Below, piece by piece: positions 12,684 to 25,679 of a stretch of 57,890 bases of DNA. Source of the DNA: Octopus bimaculoides (lineage: Eukaryota); contig NC_068986.1 of NCBI RefSeq assembly GCF_001194135.2, forward strand, positions 97,120,521 through 97,178,410, read 5' to 3'. A program made the position numbers and the translations under genes. How positions within the stretch are numbered: the stretch's first letter is position 1; each line of letters opens with the position of its first letter. Under the pieces are notes generated by a model. The model saw only the letters and a list, made by a program, of their open reading frames with translations. It was not told the origin of the DNA and searched no databases.

Positions 12684-12757
12684 CATACATACATACATAC
12701 ATACATACATACATACATACATACATACATACATACATACATACATACATACATACA
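12683..12757. repeat. (ATAC)n microsatellite at the RTE 5' junction
   Basis: Direct inspection. Confidence 0.95.
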
Positions 12758-12966
12758 TTGCTTGGATTTTCAGAAAAACAAAATCAACCAACTGACTCAC
12801 ACATTACAAATACAATCTGTAAGCGGAACAGTAAAGCAATGAAACACTTTTCTCAAGTTTAAAATGTGACATTGTTTTCGTTATCTACGTTTCAATGATG
12901 AAGCTTTGTCTGTTGTAAACTAGCTTCTTCAGAGGTGGAATTTAAATGATTAAAAACAGAAGTGAC

Positions 12967-13036
12967 ATCCATCCATCCATCCATCCATCCATCCATCCAT
13001 CCATCCATCCATCCATCCATCCATCCATCCATCCAT
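12967..13036. repeat. (CATC)n microsatellite
   Basis: Direct inspection. Confidence 0.95.
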
Positions 13037-13749
13037 GCATGCGTACATAATGCGTATATACATAACATTTTAAAGTTAGTTACTTGTATGCATATGAATG
13101 TAATGCTAAAACATCTCTTTTTTCCTCTCACTCTATCTATCTTTCAGTTTACCCCTCTCTCTCTACCACTAAAATGTTAGTGGGAATTATGAATGAATTG
13201 ATAAGAGAGTGAAGTTTATCATTAAGCCGATTATTTCTGTTTCATGGTGCTACAAAACAACAATAGCAACAAACTGTAAACAGTATTGATATGTTTATCA
13301 TACAACAAAATATAATTAAGGTTTCGTCTAATAAACAAAAGTATTAATATTGAGGATTTGGATAGCTTCATTCTATTCATTGATAATCTATTAGTATATT
13401 TGGCTTGTTTGTTTTCCCCGTGTTTGTTATAATGTTTATTATAAATCTATTTGAAACTGGCGTAGGCAGAAGTGTTTGTAATTTCGATAGAACAATGAAA
13501 CAAACTGAGATATTTATAAAAATTCCAATATTTAATATTGGAATACATTCAGTCATGACTACCGTTACATTAATATATTCTTAATTACAATCACCTTCCA
13601 AACAATATTAAATAGAATCCTGATCAGCTAGAAATGACAGATAAATTTTCACTAAATTCACACGTTAATATCTTTAAAATTGAAAGATATATTAGACAAT
13701 ATAGTTCAAGATTTATTTTTTTATTTCTCTTCCTTTTACGTGATTCAAT

Positions 13750-13930
13750 TACTAAACTGCGGCCATGCTGAGACAGCGCCTTGTAACTTTCAGTCGATAA
13801 AGTTTATTTCAATACTCATTTTTTAAAGACTAGTATGTAATCACTGGAAGTCTTTCCTTAAGCTGCAAGTGAACGGGAACGCTAACAAACTAACACTGGT
13901 TGTCAAGTGCTGAGAAACTAACACCAAAGC
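13750..13930 (-). mobile_element. Older, diverged copy of the SINE 3' body
   Basis: ACTGCGGCCATGCTG...TAGTA...AACACTGGTTGTCAAG aligns with 13955-14100. Confidence 0.65.
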
Positions 13931-13947
13931 CTTATGTATGTATGTAT

Positions 13948-14340
13948 GTCATTTGACTGCGGCCATGCTGGAGCTCCGCTTTTAGTCGAGCAAATCGATC
14001 ATAGGACTTATTCTTTGTAAGCCTAGTACTTATTCTAGCGGACATTTTTTGCCGAACCGCTAAGTTACGGGGACGTAAACACACCACCATCGGTTGTCAA
14101 GCGATGTTGGCGGGGGGACAAACGCAGACACACAAACATATACAAACATATACACACATACATATATATATATATATACATATATACGACGGGCTTCTTT
14201 CAGTTTCCGTCTACCAAATCTACTTACAAGGCCTCGGTTGGCCAGAGGCTATTGTAGAAGACACTTGCCCAAGGTGCCAAGCAGTGGGAATGAACTTGGG
14301 ACCATGTGGTTGGTAAGCAAGCTACTTACCACACAGCCAC
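13948..14340 (-). mobile_element. Octopus-type tRNA-derived SINE with an internal TA/CA microsatellite
   Basis: Minus strand begins GTGGCTGTGTGGTAAGTAGCTTGCTTACCAACCACATGG...GTTCATTCCCACTGCTTGGCACCTTGGGCAAGTGTCTTC (tRNA-like head). It continues TTGGTAGACGGAAACTGAAAGAAGCCCGTC, then the microsatellite, then a body ending CAGCATGGCCGCAGTCAAATGAC. Recognised from memory as an abundant Octopus repeat. Confidence 0.85.
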
Positions 14341-15587
14341 ATGTATGTATGTATGTATGTATGTATGTATGTATGTATGTGTGTGTGAGTATGTATGTAT
14401 GTATGTATGTATGTATGTATGCGTGTGTGAGTATGTATGTATGTATGTATGTATGTATGTATGTATGTATGCAAGTATGTATGTGTGCCTCTCTGTATTT
14501 ATCTTTGGGATTTATTTTACGGCTTTTCCTTTGCAGAACTGAAACCGGTTACTAACAAGGTAGTAATTAAAGATAGCTACTGGAGTTTGTGGCTACTTGA
14601 AGTAGTTGATGTATGCATATATGCCTAGGCGCTGTTCATGTGAATAAACTTGCACACGTGGAGGAGCGGTCACATCAGAACATAGGTGTGTATGTTTCAC
14701 TTATGTTTATGTGTATGTGTGTATATCTATTCCATATGTGACTGTTAGCATATGTTCGCCCAAGTACCTCAAGTAGAAAATCAATGAAACACTTTACGTA
14801 GTTTTACAGCCCATCTGACCGATTGAATTATGAGAATATTGACCAGGTTTCCCTGCCCTTATTTGGAGAACTTAAGCACTTCCAGGTTTCTATGTAGATT
14901 AGTTGTTACGTAGCGCAGTGCACCTATGAGAATAAAAACATCTATATCCATACATAAGAGCCGCAGTATATTCGTCAGTTCCATGTAGATGTTCTCTTTT
15001 CCCCCCAACTTTTAATTATACATTTGCATTATCTGGGCTGATAACAATATCTGGTATGTTGTGTTTGCATAGAGTTTCTGTTGTTTATTGGTATTTTCCT
15101 CCAGTATTCTTTATTTTCAAAGGTGTGGATAACCTCTGGTAATAGTGCGCCTTTCGCATGGCCCCTAATACAATACTTGCGTACAACATTATAATCGGTC
15201 TTGGCAACATTGTCATGTCTCATGTCATGTCATATCTTATGTATGCATTGTCATGTCTTATGTATGCATGTATGCATATATACATGCATATATATATCGA
15301 ACCACAAATCAACGCTTACAAAGCTCCTTGCGCATCAGATATGGCCAAACGCCCACCCATCAATTTCAGTCAAATTTAATGAATATATACTTAAACTGTC
15401 TAATACTACATATAATATTTGCAAACAAACCAGAAATGCTTTGTAAGTTACGGAAAATACATATTATTATGATATATTATTATGCAGTTATTATTATAAG
15501 TCTCCCATTCATTCTTATCTTTTATTCTTTTAATTGCTCGTAACTTACAAAGCCTTTCATTAAAGCCTTTCTTCAAATCAGAGAATA

Positions 15588-15588
<1 letters not shown>

Positions 15589-15646
<58 letters not shown>
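15589..15646. repeat. (ATT)n microsatellite
   Basis: Direct inspection. Confidence 0.95.
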
Positions 15647-15654
<8 letters not shown>

Positions 15655-15671
15655 TACATATATATATATAT

Positions 15672-15718
<47 letters not shown>

Positions 15719-15870
15719 CAGGGTTGGCCAAAAGTCACCTGACAGTGAATCAAAACCACTTAATTCCAAGATTTATTTATATTTAAAAACTGAATGAATT
15801 TAATAAAAGCATCTAAATATTAAACATCATGAAGATTGTTCAAGCTGAAGACCTTCTTCAGCAAGACTTC
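15719..15870 (-). mobile_element. Solo 3' end of a Tc1/mariner element
   Basis: TA|CAGGGTTGGCCAAAAGTCACC is TIR-like. The minus strand encodes CRSLAEEGLQLEQ, resembling the transposase C-terminal RC..C....G..FE motif. No partner TIR seen. Confidence 0.5.
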
Positions 15871-16733
15871 TACATTAATAGGTATAATTATAAATATTTA
15901 AATAAAAGGGTAAAAATGCCGCTTGCCAAAGATGAAAGCGAAAGTTTCAAAAACCAGCAATCCTACGATTTATCGTAGGATTTCTGGGTCGTAAGGAGAA
16001 ATACATGTAATGTCAACAATTCTAATTTATATATAATACATACATGCACACACACTTTCATGTATACATATTTTAATATTCAGGTGTTACCTAATTTCAG
16101 TCAGGAAGTTTTAGCCGATCCTATGCTTCGAAACCAAAGCGACGTTCAGATTATCTTCATCTAACACCTAGCCATACCACTGTCCTCACCGTTTAAAAAA
16201 TTCCGAGACATAGCATTATAACATGAATATAACATTAATCTTCAAGTGCACATATTGTGCGCTGTATTAAGAATTATCATCTCCGTCCAATTCTTGTGAA
16301 ATAAAACAATCTGCTAAAATAATTTGATATTTCTGGTTCTAGTAAAATATATTTATTATATATATATATATATNNNNNNNNNNNNNNNNAAATATATCAA
16401 ATTTAATTATTTATTTTAAAGGAATACTTCAAATTGTTTCTTACAAAAGAATTGTGTTTCAAAACCGACAGAGGAAAAAACATATTAAAACATTTTTAAG
16501 CTCTTTATGGAAGATTTACATTTTTCCATTCACAGTTGATTAGGGTCGTTAACTTCTCTAATTTCATTTCCACAAAAATTTATATCAACAACAGACATGC
16601 AGACGTTTACTAGGAAGCAGACCTAATAGGTAGGGTGTTGCATTGACGAACCACAGAACGTGGTTCCAATTCTCAGACCGAGTTGTGCGTTGTTATATTT
16701 CACCTAGAAATTATATGCATATGATTCTAATAC

Positions 16734-16839
<106 letters not shown>

Positions 16840-16863
16840 ACGCATACATACAGACACACACAC

Positions 16864-16908
<45 letters not shown>

Positions 16909-16963
16909 TATGTATATATATGTATATATATATGTACATATATATATGTGTGTATATTTATAT

Positions 16964-17003
<40 letters not shown>

Positions 17004-18229
17004 ATTTATCTATCTATCTGTCTATCTATATATACAAATAGACACACACACACACACAAACATATATATGTAAATACACACACACACACATATATATATA
17101 TGTGTGTAAGAAAATAAGAAAATACAGATAAATCAATTAATAATTCCATTTATTAATTACAAAAGTAGACATAATCCCTGATGGTTGTTTCGATTCATAC
17201 TTTAAAGATTTTAATTGAAATAATTTAATCATTATAAAGTAGAATCTCGTCGGAGGTAGTAAAAAAGAAATACCATTAAATTTTTAAGTGTTAAGTGTAC
17301 AGAACATTTCAGCTGAGTATTTTTTTATGGATAAATTTGGTATAAAACTTATAAGGGGGGGGGAGGGGTGTGTATATTTATAAAAAAAATACATATGTAA
17401 TATAAATTATAATATACTCTGTGTAATCATTAAAAAGCATAGCGATAAATAATATATAGTAATTAACCGTGTATTTAAGTATCATCTTAATATTGGGGTA
17501 CATGTGTTTATAAAAATTTAAGTAATAATGGTGTATAAATTCGTAGATAAGAATAAAGAATGGATAGAGTTATAAATATAGTACATTCAAATATGTATAC
17601 ATATATAAAAATACATAAAAATCTATAAAAAAAATTAAAGTGAATGGGCACGTAAAATATCTCATCTTACATATGTACTTACATATATTTACACGCTCAT
17701 ACATAATAAACACATGTAAATATCACATGCAGAAAAATTGTATGAATATATAACTGTGTCAGTAATATGTTACTACATAGATTCATAGAAAAAAAAATTG
17801 CTGATGTTCAAATAGAGTTTAGTAAAAATACAACAGTGAATAAATAAATAAAAATGTATTTATTATACGTACTTATTTTGGTAAAAAATCTGACTCCCCT
17901 CAATCTATTTTGTATTAATCAAATAAGTTAAAGAGAGTCTATTGGTCATATGCTTTAGAAATAAATAGCGTTTCATTCATCTAGGGATCATTATCGGTAA
18001 TGTAAAATATAGTAAATAAGTAAATAAAGAAACAAAATAAAAGAACAGAGTTGATATGTTATGCGTATAAAATAAGAGAGCAAGGAAAAATATCTTATAT
18101 GAAAGAAAAAATTTATAGTTTTTTAGTTTAGGGTATAACATGCTTATGTGTGCAAAAAATATAGTAGTCAGGGGAGGTAAAAGTTATACTTACAACCCGT
18201 AGATCTATTATCGAATTCGATAATAAATT

Positions 18230-18863
18230 ATAGGCAGAAGAGACACTCTCAATTGCCGAAGTAAGTGACCTTCTGGCAATTTACTTTCTCTCTAATTTAC
18301 GTGAATAGTTTCCAGAAAATTGGGGGTTTATTGTATAGGATTGACGCTCGTTTTACAATAAAAAATATTCCTAAAAGGCGTCTTGAATTCATTAAAAAGC
18401 GCTTATATAGATTCTTAAAAAGGTTTGGCCTTTTCATTATTATTGGAAGAGAAAACAACTTTATAAATTTTCTGGATGCCGATTGTAATTTATCAAATGG
18501 TCTACCTGAACCTTTTGAAAACCCAAACTCTAACTTAAAATACACACATTTCCTAAGTAATCATCAGCGATCAATTAAAAAAAGCACTTAATCATAATAT
18601 TAGTAAAAGAATATCATATCTATCTTCTAATGAGGAAATATTTAATGAACATATGAATCAATATAATATTGGTTTACTTAACGCTGGATATAAAGATGAA
18701 ATAAAATAGTGTATACTAAATAGTAATAATTACAAAAACAACAACCAAATATGAATTAAATATAAAAGCCAACAATTTACACAATCCCACTAATAATAAG
18801 AAAAAATTACAAATAATAAGTAAAAATCTACAAGCTATAATTATAATTAAAACAAATATAAAC

Positions 18864-18949
<86 letters not shown>

Positions 18950-19750
18950 CAGATACCACACAAGATAATAAAAAAAGTTAAATAATAGTAAGATAATTTA
19001 TAATTTTAATGAATACGTTAAAGTCAACGAAAAATGTTATAAAAATAATAAACTTGATAAATATAAAATAGATAATAATACACCTGTAGTTAATAATAAC
19101 ATAAATAAATCTAATAATAAAATTTGGCCAATAATCCCTTTTGCTATGCAAATTAAAAACAAGTTAGTAAAATCTATTTTTTCGATTATTAATAAAAATT
19201 TTAATTCTAATAACAGATATTATGAAATAATAAAACTATTAATATTGAATATAGTTTAACTCATAACTTAGCCAATATTATACCTTCCATAAAGAATAAG
19301 GAACTAGACAAATTCTACTTAAATAGAAACATCTGAAACATTAATTACCTTAACTCCCCTGTACTCAATACACATTCTATTAATTTGAATAACCCTGATA
19401 ATAACACATCTCCCAACAACGGAATCTTACAAAATAACACTACAATAACAAGTAACATTCCCCTATCAAAAACACATATAAATCATTCAACCACGGTAGT
19501 AGTTGAAAACATTCTCAAGTCCACCGTTTCGTCAATCACAGCAGTTTCCAAGCTTCACCACTAATTGAGTTCTCAACTAAATTGCAAACTGTTAACAGTT
19601 TTAAAGAGGACACCTCCTTAGCTACACTTTGGTATAAATAGTTTGAGATTTGGTTCAGTAAAAAGAAAAGTTGCATCAAAATATCTGCGACTGCAAAGGG
19701 GTCAGTAAGGAACCTATTCATCTTCATTTAACATAAACTTTTTATTTTAA
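18230..19750 (+). mobile_element. Degraded Penelope-like element (RT core/thumb to GIY-YIG region)
   Basis: AEVSDLLAIYFLS (AEVCELVG-like), LYRIDA (LYRDDG-like), INFLD, NPNSNLKYTHFLSNH, ISKRISYLSSNEEIFN, AGY, then KIWPIIPF...KTINIEYS. These are standard PLE motifs, broken by frameshifts and low-complexity insertions. Confidence 0.8.
18865..18947. repeat. (AAT)n microsatellite inside the PLE
   Basis: Direct inspection. Confidence 0.95.
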
Positions 19751-19963
19751 AATAAAAGTTTACTTTTCTTAGGCTTAAATGATAGAAAAAATACACGAGA
19801 AATTCAGAATCGTTAGATGTTTTGAACAAAAGTTAGTAGAAGAAAGTTACAAGGTGAAATGTCATGAAACCTGTTGTTAGCAACTGAGGAAGTAAGAAGT
19901 AACGCCCCGAGCAATAATGTTAAGATAAGAATATATTTCTAAAATGAACACTTACATTTGAAC

Positions 19964-20056
19964 GCGGCGATTTGGCAGAAACTTTAACTCGCTGGGCGAA
20001 ATGTTGAACTCTTTTTTCGTTGAGTCCAAATTCCCCCGTGGTCGACTTTACCTTTC
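19964..20056 (+). mobile_element. SINE head fragment (family of 44640-45039)
   Basis: GCGGCGATTTGGCAGAAAC...GGGCGAAATG...CAAATTCCCCCGTGGTCGACTTTACCTTTC aligns with the reverse complement of 44940-45039. Confidence 0.65.
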
Positions 20057-20149
20057 GTATAATTTATTTTTTTAATTAAGTATTTAATACAGTTATTTTT
20101 AATATGGTGTTGAATTAGGGTAAGTTTAACTTTTATTGTAAAATTTTTC

Positions 20150-20700
20150 TTTCAGCGTTAATTAACTTGCTTTCTGCTTTTTGCATTTTTCTTTTTAGTT
20201 GCTTTCCTTTTCTTTTCAGTTAATTATTTAATTAGACTAGTTTATTAGTGTGTCATATGCTTCAGATATGTGCATCTAAATTTATTTGGAAGGAATAAAG
20301 TCATTTTTAGCTGTGTCTCTATGGGCAAACCTGAAGGCATGTAGTAAGTCTGTCCAGAAAAGGCATTGGTTAAAAGTGCTTATATTCTAAATTTACTTTT
20401 TAAATTTAAAAATCAAAAGAGAGTTTTCATAAATCAAATTTATATTAATGGGATGTAGGTAATTTTAAATTGTGTATATCTGATATGCTTTTATAATTAC
20501 TGTTGAATTGAATAATTATTAATAGATCTAGATTAGCAGCAGTCAGTGCTATTATCGCCAACTCAAAAACTAGGTTACTTAAGGTGAGCCTGGTAACTGA
20601 GGGTTTTGAGGTATTGTTGTTTGTAACTTTTGGTGAGCCACGGTGCTACCAACAAGACATCACTTACATGGAAAAATTGAAATATCTTTCAGCATTTTAT
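20150..20700 (-). mobile_element. Possible highly degraded PLE reverse transcriptase remnant
   Basis: Minus frame NAFSGQTYYMPSGLPIETQL near 20310-20370 resembles the PLE F.F.G..Y.Q..GLPMG motif; the rest is too decayed to align by eye. Confidence 0.35.
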
Positions 20701-20824
20701 AAGTTAAAATCATAAATATTAAAATTAATATTCAAAATAAATAGTAGGAAATAAACCAGTAAATTCAATGGATATTATTATCCCTTTATGAGGCTTATTT
20801 AACCTCCAATTGAACATTAAAAAA

Positions 20825-20861
<37 letters not shown>

Positions 20862-21271
20862 NNNNNNNNNNNNNNNNNNNNNNNNNNNNNNNNNNNNNNN
20901 NNNNNNNNNNNNNNNNNNNNNNNNNNNNNNNNNNNNNNNNNNNNNNNNNNNNNNNNNNNNNNNNNNNNNNNNNNNNNNNNNNNNNNNNNNNNNNNNNNNN
21001 NNNNNNNNNNNNNNNNNNNNNNNNNNNNNNNNNNNNNNNNNNNNNNNNNNNNNNNNNNNNNNNNNNNNNNNNNNNNNNNNNNNNNNNNNNNNNNNNNNNN
21101 NNNNNNNNNNNNNNNNNNNNNNNNNNNNNNNNNNNNNNNNNNNNNNNNNNNNNNNNNNNNNNNNNNNNNNNNNNNNNNNNNNNNNNNNNNNNNNNNNNNN
21201 NNNNNNNNNNNNNNNNNNNNNNNNNNNNNNNNNNNNNNNNNNNNNNNNTATATATATACATATATATACAT

Positions 21272-21620
21272 CAACTCGACTTCGTCGGACCCCAATGACC
21301 ATAGGTGCATCTAAGAGTTTCCTCTCCGGGGTTAGTCTGGGCAGAAAGTCGCCTCACCTAAGGTTGTTTTAAGCAAGACCGGCAGTCGCCCATGCATACT
21401 AGCCTCCCCTCTCCATGCCCCCGATGTTATCCAAGGGAAAGAGAAAGGCCGATACAGCTTGGTACCAGTGACGTTGCAACTCATTTCTACAGCTGAGTGA
21501 AGTGGGGCAACGTGAGCTAAAGTATCTTGCTCAAGATCACTATGCGCAGCCCGGTCGGGGATCAAATTAACAACCTTACGATCGTAAGCTCTACGCGTTA
21601 ACCACTGAGCCATGCGCCTT
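21272..21620 (-). mobile_element. tRNA(Arg)-like SINE (same family as 57584-57890)
   Basis: Minus strand GGCGCATGGCTCAGTGGTTAACGCGTAGAGCTTACGATCG...; its body aligns co-linearly with 57584-57890. Confidence 0.9.
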
Positions 21621-21634
21621 CACACGCATACACT

Positions 21635-21706
<72 letters not shown>

Positions 21707-21718
21707 ACACACACACAC

Positions 21719-22850
21719 ATCAGGTCATTAAGAATGAAATGTCCAATTTTGTTATGCTCAAGTTTGACGGTTGTTAACTGTAATGTTTTATCCTGACACT
21801 CTTTGTTTTACAACATTGAAGAATTACTTTATCACTTTTCGAAATGCAATTCATGGTGTTTGATTATATTGTGAGTTTTCTCTTCTAAATACATTTTTGT
21901 GTACCCTTGGATAAATAAAAAGTTCGTGTTTACGAATATGAGTTCCATCGTGGAACCAATGCATCCTAGACAGCTCGAAACATCAATGAGGCGTTTGGTG
22001 AAGATGTGGTGAATGAGCGCACTGTACGTCGATGATCTGGTGGCTTTACTCTTGAAAATCAGACCCGCAGCTGACCTGAGACCAAGGTGGATAATGATTA
22101 GCTGGAAACTGTAGTTGAAGTGGATACATCTTAAACTACGTGTTGAGTTAGCAGCAAGATTTGATGTTTCGATTTCAGCTGTATTGGACTATCTGAAACA
22201 AATTGGCAAGGTAAAGAAGCTGGACAAGTGGGTACCACACGAACTGAACGAGCATCAAATGACACGTAACTTGCTGTTTTTTCTGTCACTAAGAAGAAAT
22301 AATAGCATGTAACTTGCTGTTTTTTCTGTCACGGCATAAAAGCGAGCAATTTTTGCATCGTATTGTTACGTGTGATGAAAAATGGATTCAGAGGATGGAT
22401 ACATCAACCAATTGGATGAAATAGTGAGTGAACTTGCAATTAAACAACCGAGATTGGTCAATAAAGACAGGTAAATCCTCTTGCAAGACAATGCTGAAGC
22501 ATATATTGTACAAAGAACGTTACTCAAGTTACAGGAACTGAAGTTGGAAGTACTCTGTCATCTACCATATTTACCAGGCTCTGTATCAACTGACTATCAC
22601 GTTTTCCATCATCAGACAACATTTTGTAAAGAATAAACTTCAAATCTGGAGAAGATGCAAAAATAATCTTTCGGGATTTCTTCACCTCTTGCTCTCCAGA
22701 ATTCTTTGCTGCCGGCATAAATAAGTTACCGATGAAATGGCAAAATTGTGTTAATAACTTAGGTGCATAGTTTGATTAACTGCTTTTTGTTGAGATAAAG
22801 TAAAATAAACTATCAGTTCAAAATTGGACATATCATTCTCAATGACCCAA
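21719..22850 (+). mobile_element. mariner element (cecropia/Hsmar1-like), internally deleted and dead
   Basis: About 30-bp TIRs (caggtcattaagaatgaaatgtccaatttt / aaaattggacatatcattctcaatgacccaa) with TA at the right end. Motifs KQIGKVKKLDKWVPHEL, IVTCDEKWI, LLQDNA, degenerate YSPDL and KW..CV. Deletion directly after TCDEKWI; a ~25-bp segment is duplicated at 22265/22308. Confidence 0.92.
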
Positions 22851-24401
22851 TATATATCAAGGAATAGTTTGATAGTGTCTTGGAAATTTTGTCTGATGGT
22901 AGCGATTAAGCTGATGCTTCGAAGGCATTATAAATTACTTTCAGATATAAAGTATATAAATATAGCAGTCTACTAGAAAATATCGAGTTATTCTTCAGTC
23001 AATGTTCAATTGTTTTGAAATATAACTTCATATAATAACAGACATTAGTATACATACACACAGAAACACACATAAAACACAGGTATATATTCATACATAC
23101 TCACACACTCAGACAGACACTGACACACACAAATACAGATATACACACATATTCACATACACATATTAAACTTATATCTCTTTCTTTTTTATTCAATAAT
23201 TATTTCTACTTACTTTCTGAATCTCCATTCTATGAAATATATTAATTTAACTAATTCTATGTACTTTATCATCATATATATCTGTGTATTCGCGTGTACG
23301 CACACACACACACACACACGTAAGTATATATATATATATANNNNNNNNNNNNNNNNNNNNNNNNNNNNNNNNNNNNNNNNNNNNNNNNNNNNNNNNNNNN
23401 NNNNNNNNNNNNNNNNNNNNNNNNNNNNNNNNNNNNNNNNNNNNNNNNNNNNNNNNNNNNNNNNNNNNNNNNNNNNNNNNNNNNNNNNNNNNNNNNNNNN
23501 NNNNNNNNNNNNNNNNNNNNNNNNNNNNNNNNNNNNNNNNNNNNNNNNNNNNNNNNNNNNNNNNNNNNNNNNNNNNNNNNNNNNNNNNNNNNNNNNNNNN
23601 NNNNNNNNNNNNNNNNNNNNNNNNNNNNNNNNNNNNNNNNNNNNNNNNNNNNNNNNNNNNNNNNNNNNNNNNNNNNNNNNNNNNNNNNNNNNNNNNNNNN
23701 NNNNNNNNNNNNNNNNNNNNNNNNNNNNNNNNNNNNNNNNNNNNNNNNNNNNNNNNNNNNNNNNNNNNNNNNNNNNNNNNNNNNNNNNNNNNNNNNNNNN
23801 NNNNNNNNNNNNNNNNNNNNNNNNNNNNNNNNNNNNNNNNNNNNNNNNNNNNNNNNNNNNNNNNNNNNNNNNNNNNNNNNNNNNNNNNNNNNNNNNNNNN
23901 NNNNNNNNNNNNNNNNNNNNNNNNNNNNNNNNNNNNNNNNNNNNNNNNNNNNNNNNNNNNNNNNNNNNNNNNNNNNNNNNNNNNNNNNNNNNNNNNNNNN
24001 NNNNNNNNNNNNNNNNNNNNNNNNNNNNNNNNNNNNNNNNNNNNNNNNNNNNNNNNNNNNNNNNNNNNNNNNNNNNNNNNNNNNNNNNNNNNNNNNNNNN
24101 NNNNNNNNNNNNNNNNNNNNNNNNNNNNNNNNNNNNNNNNNNNNNNNNNNNNNNNNNNNNNNNNNNNNNNNNNNNNNNNNNNNNNNNNNNNNNNNNNNNN
24201 NNNNNNNNNNNNNNNNNNNNNNNNNNNNNNNNNNNNNNNNNNNNNNNNNNNNNNNNNNNNNNNNNNNNNNNNNNNNNNNNNNNNNNNNNNNNNNNNNNNN
24301 NNNNNNNNNNNNNNNNNNNNNNNNNNNNNNNNNNNNNNNNATATATAAGTATATATATTAATAATTAAATCCTTTACCCTTTTAATTTGTAATAATTATA
24401 A

Positions 24402-24449
<48 letters not shown>

Positions 24450-25028
24450 TTCAAATTCTTTTTCCGCATATCCTTATTCCTTTTATCCTGTCCTCTATGT
24501 CATCGTTTCATTAATCTCTACCCTTCTCATTTTCCGTATCTGTTTCCGATGACATAATATCCCATACTTTGGGATATCCCAGAAACATCTGTAAGACTTT
24601 GAACTTTTCCAATGATAATAATAATAATAATAATAATAATGAATATAACTTGAGATGTTTGTCCTGCCTTACCGTTGTTGTTAACAATTAAACGTGTGTG
24701 TGTGTGTGTGTGTGTGTCTGTTTGTCGTTGTATGCATATCAATATAGACATATATAAGGAGAGCAAAGCTGGAATCCGCGGGACTTTGTTTTTCGGAATA
24801 TAAAATGGCCTAACTAAATACCAATAATAATAACGTATATTACTTGAGATGTTTGTCTGACCTTAACGTTTGCTATCCTCTTTATAAACTATATATCTGC
24901 TATATCAGAACTCTACAATGGTTCGATAACTCATGTCTCGGCTAATAACCTTGGAGCCCTGGTAATCCGTTACAGCACTTACCCAGCGTACCTAGTCGTT
25001 TAGATCACCTCTGAACTAAATCTCCAAA

Positions 25029-25066
<38 letters not shown>

Positions 25067-25072
25067 ATATAT

Positions 25073-25162
<90 letters not shown>

Positions 25163-25287
25163 ATTTGTGTATATATTATGGTTAAGAACGTAGTAGAGTA
25201 CAGAATAAAGCTCGTCCATCTTCAGATTTCACCCTCTGCCATCCAGTTGTACTAATATATGTCCTTCCAGGTTTGTGTGAATAGATA

Positions 25288-25570
25288 ATCGAAAAAATTG
25301 GAGTCAACAGCAAGGAGTACAGCTGGACATTTAATTTCAATCACTACAGATGTTTCTATGCAACGTTGCTCTGGCGTGCAGTTACTTGATTATGCAACCG
25401 TTTTCCTGCATTGAGATCCAGTTGTGGTTCCTCAGGTCTCGCCTGAGGAAACACACCCAGATGTTGCATAATCAAGCACCTGCACGTCTTGAGAACTACA
25501 CTGCGTAGAAACAATTGTAGTGAATGAAAATAAATGTCCAACAGTACTCCTCGTTGATTCCATTTTTTCA

Positions 25571-25572
<2 letters not shown>
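25288..25572. mobile_element. Fold-back MITE-like element, ~110-bp imperfect inverted arms, TA-flanked
   Basis: Arm 25288-25398 is the reverse complement of 25463-25572. TA at 25286-87 and 25573-74. Central 9-bp perfect hairpin at 25428-25450. Confidence 0.8.
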
Positions 25573-25621
<49 letters not shown>

Positions 25622-25640
25622 NNNNNNNNNNATATATATA

Positions 25641-25679
<39 letters not shown>

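Noticed and set aside
19536-19727. Minus-strand ORF with a branch-point/acceptor-like signal
   Set aside because: The plus strand here fits the decayed GIY-YIG tail of the PLE (TSLATLW, ICDC), and there is no good donor.
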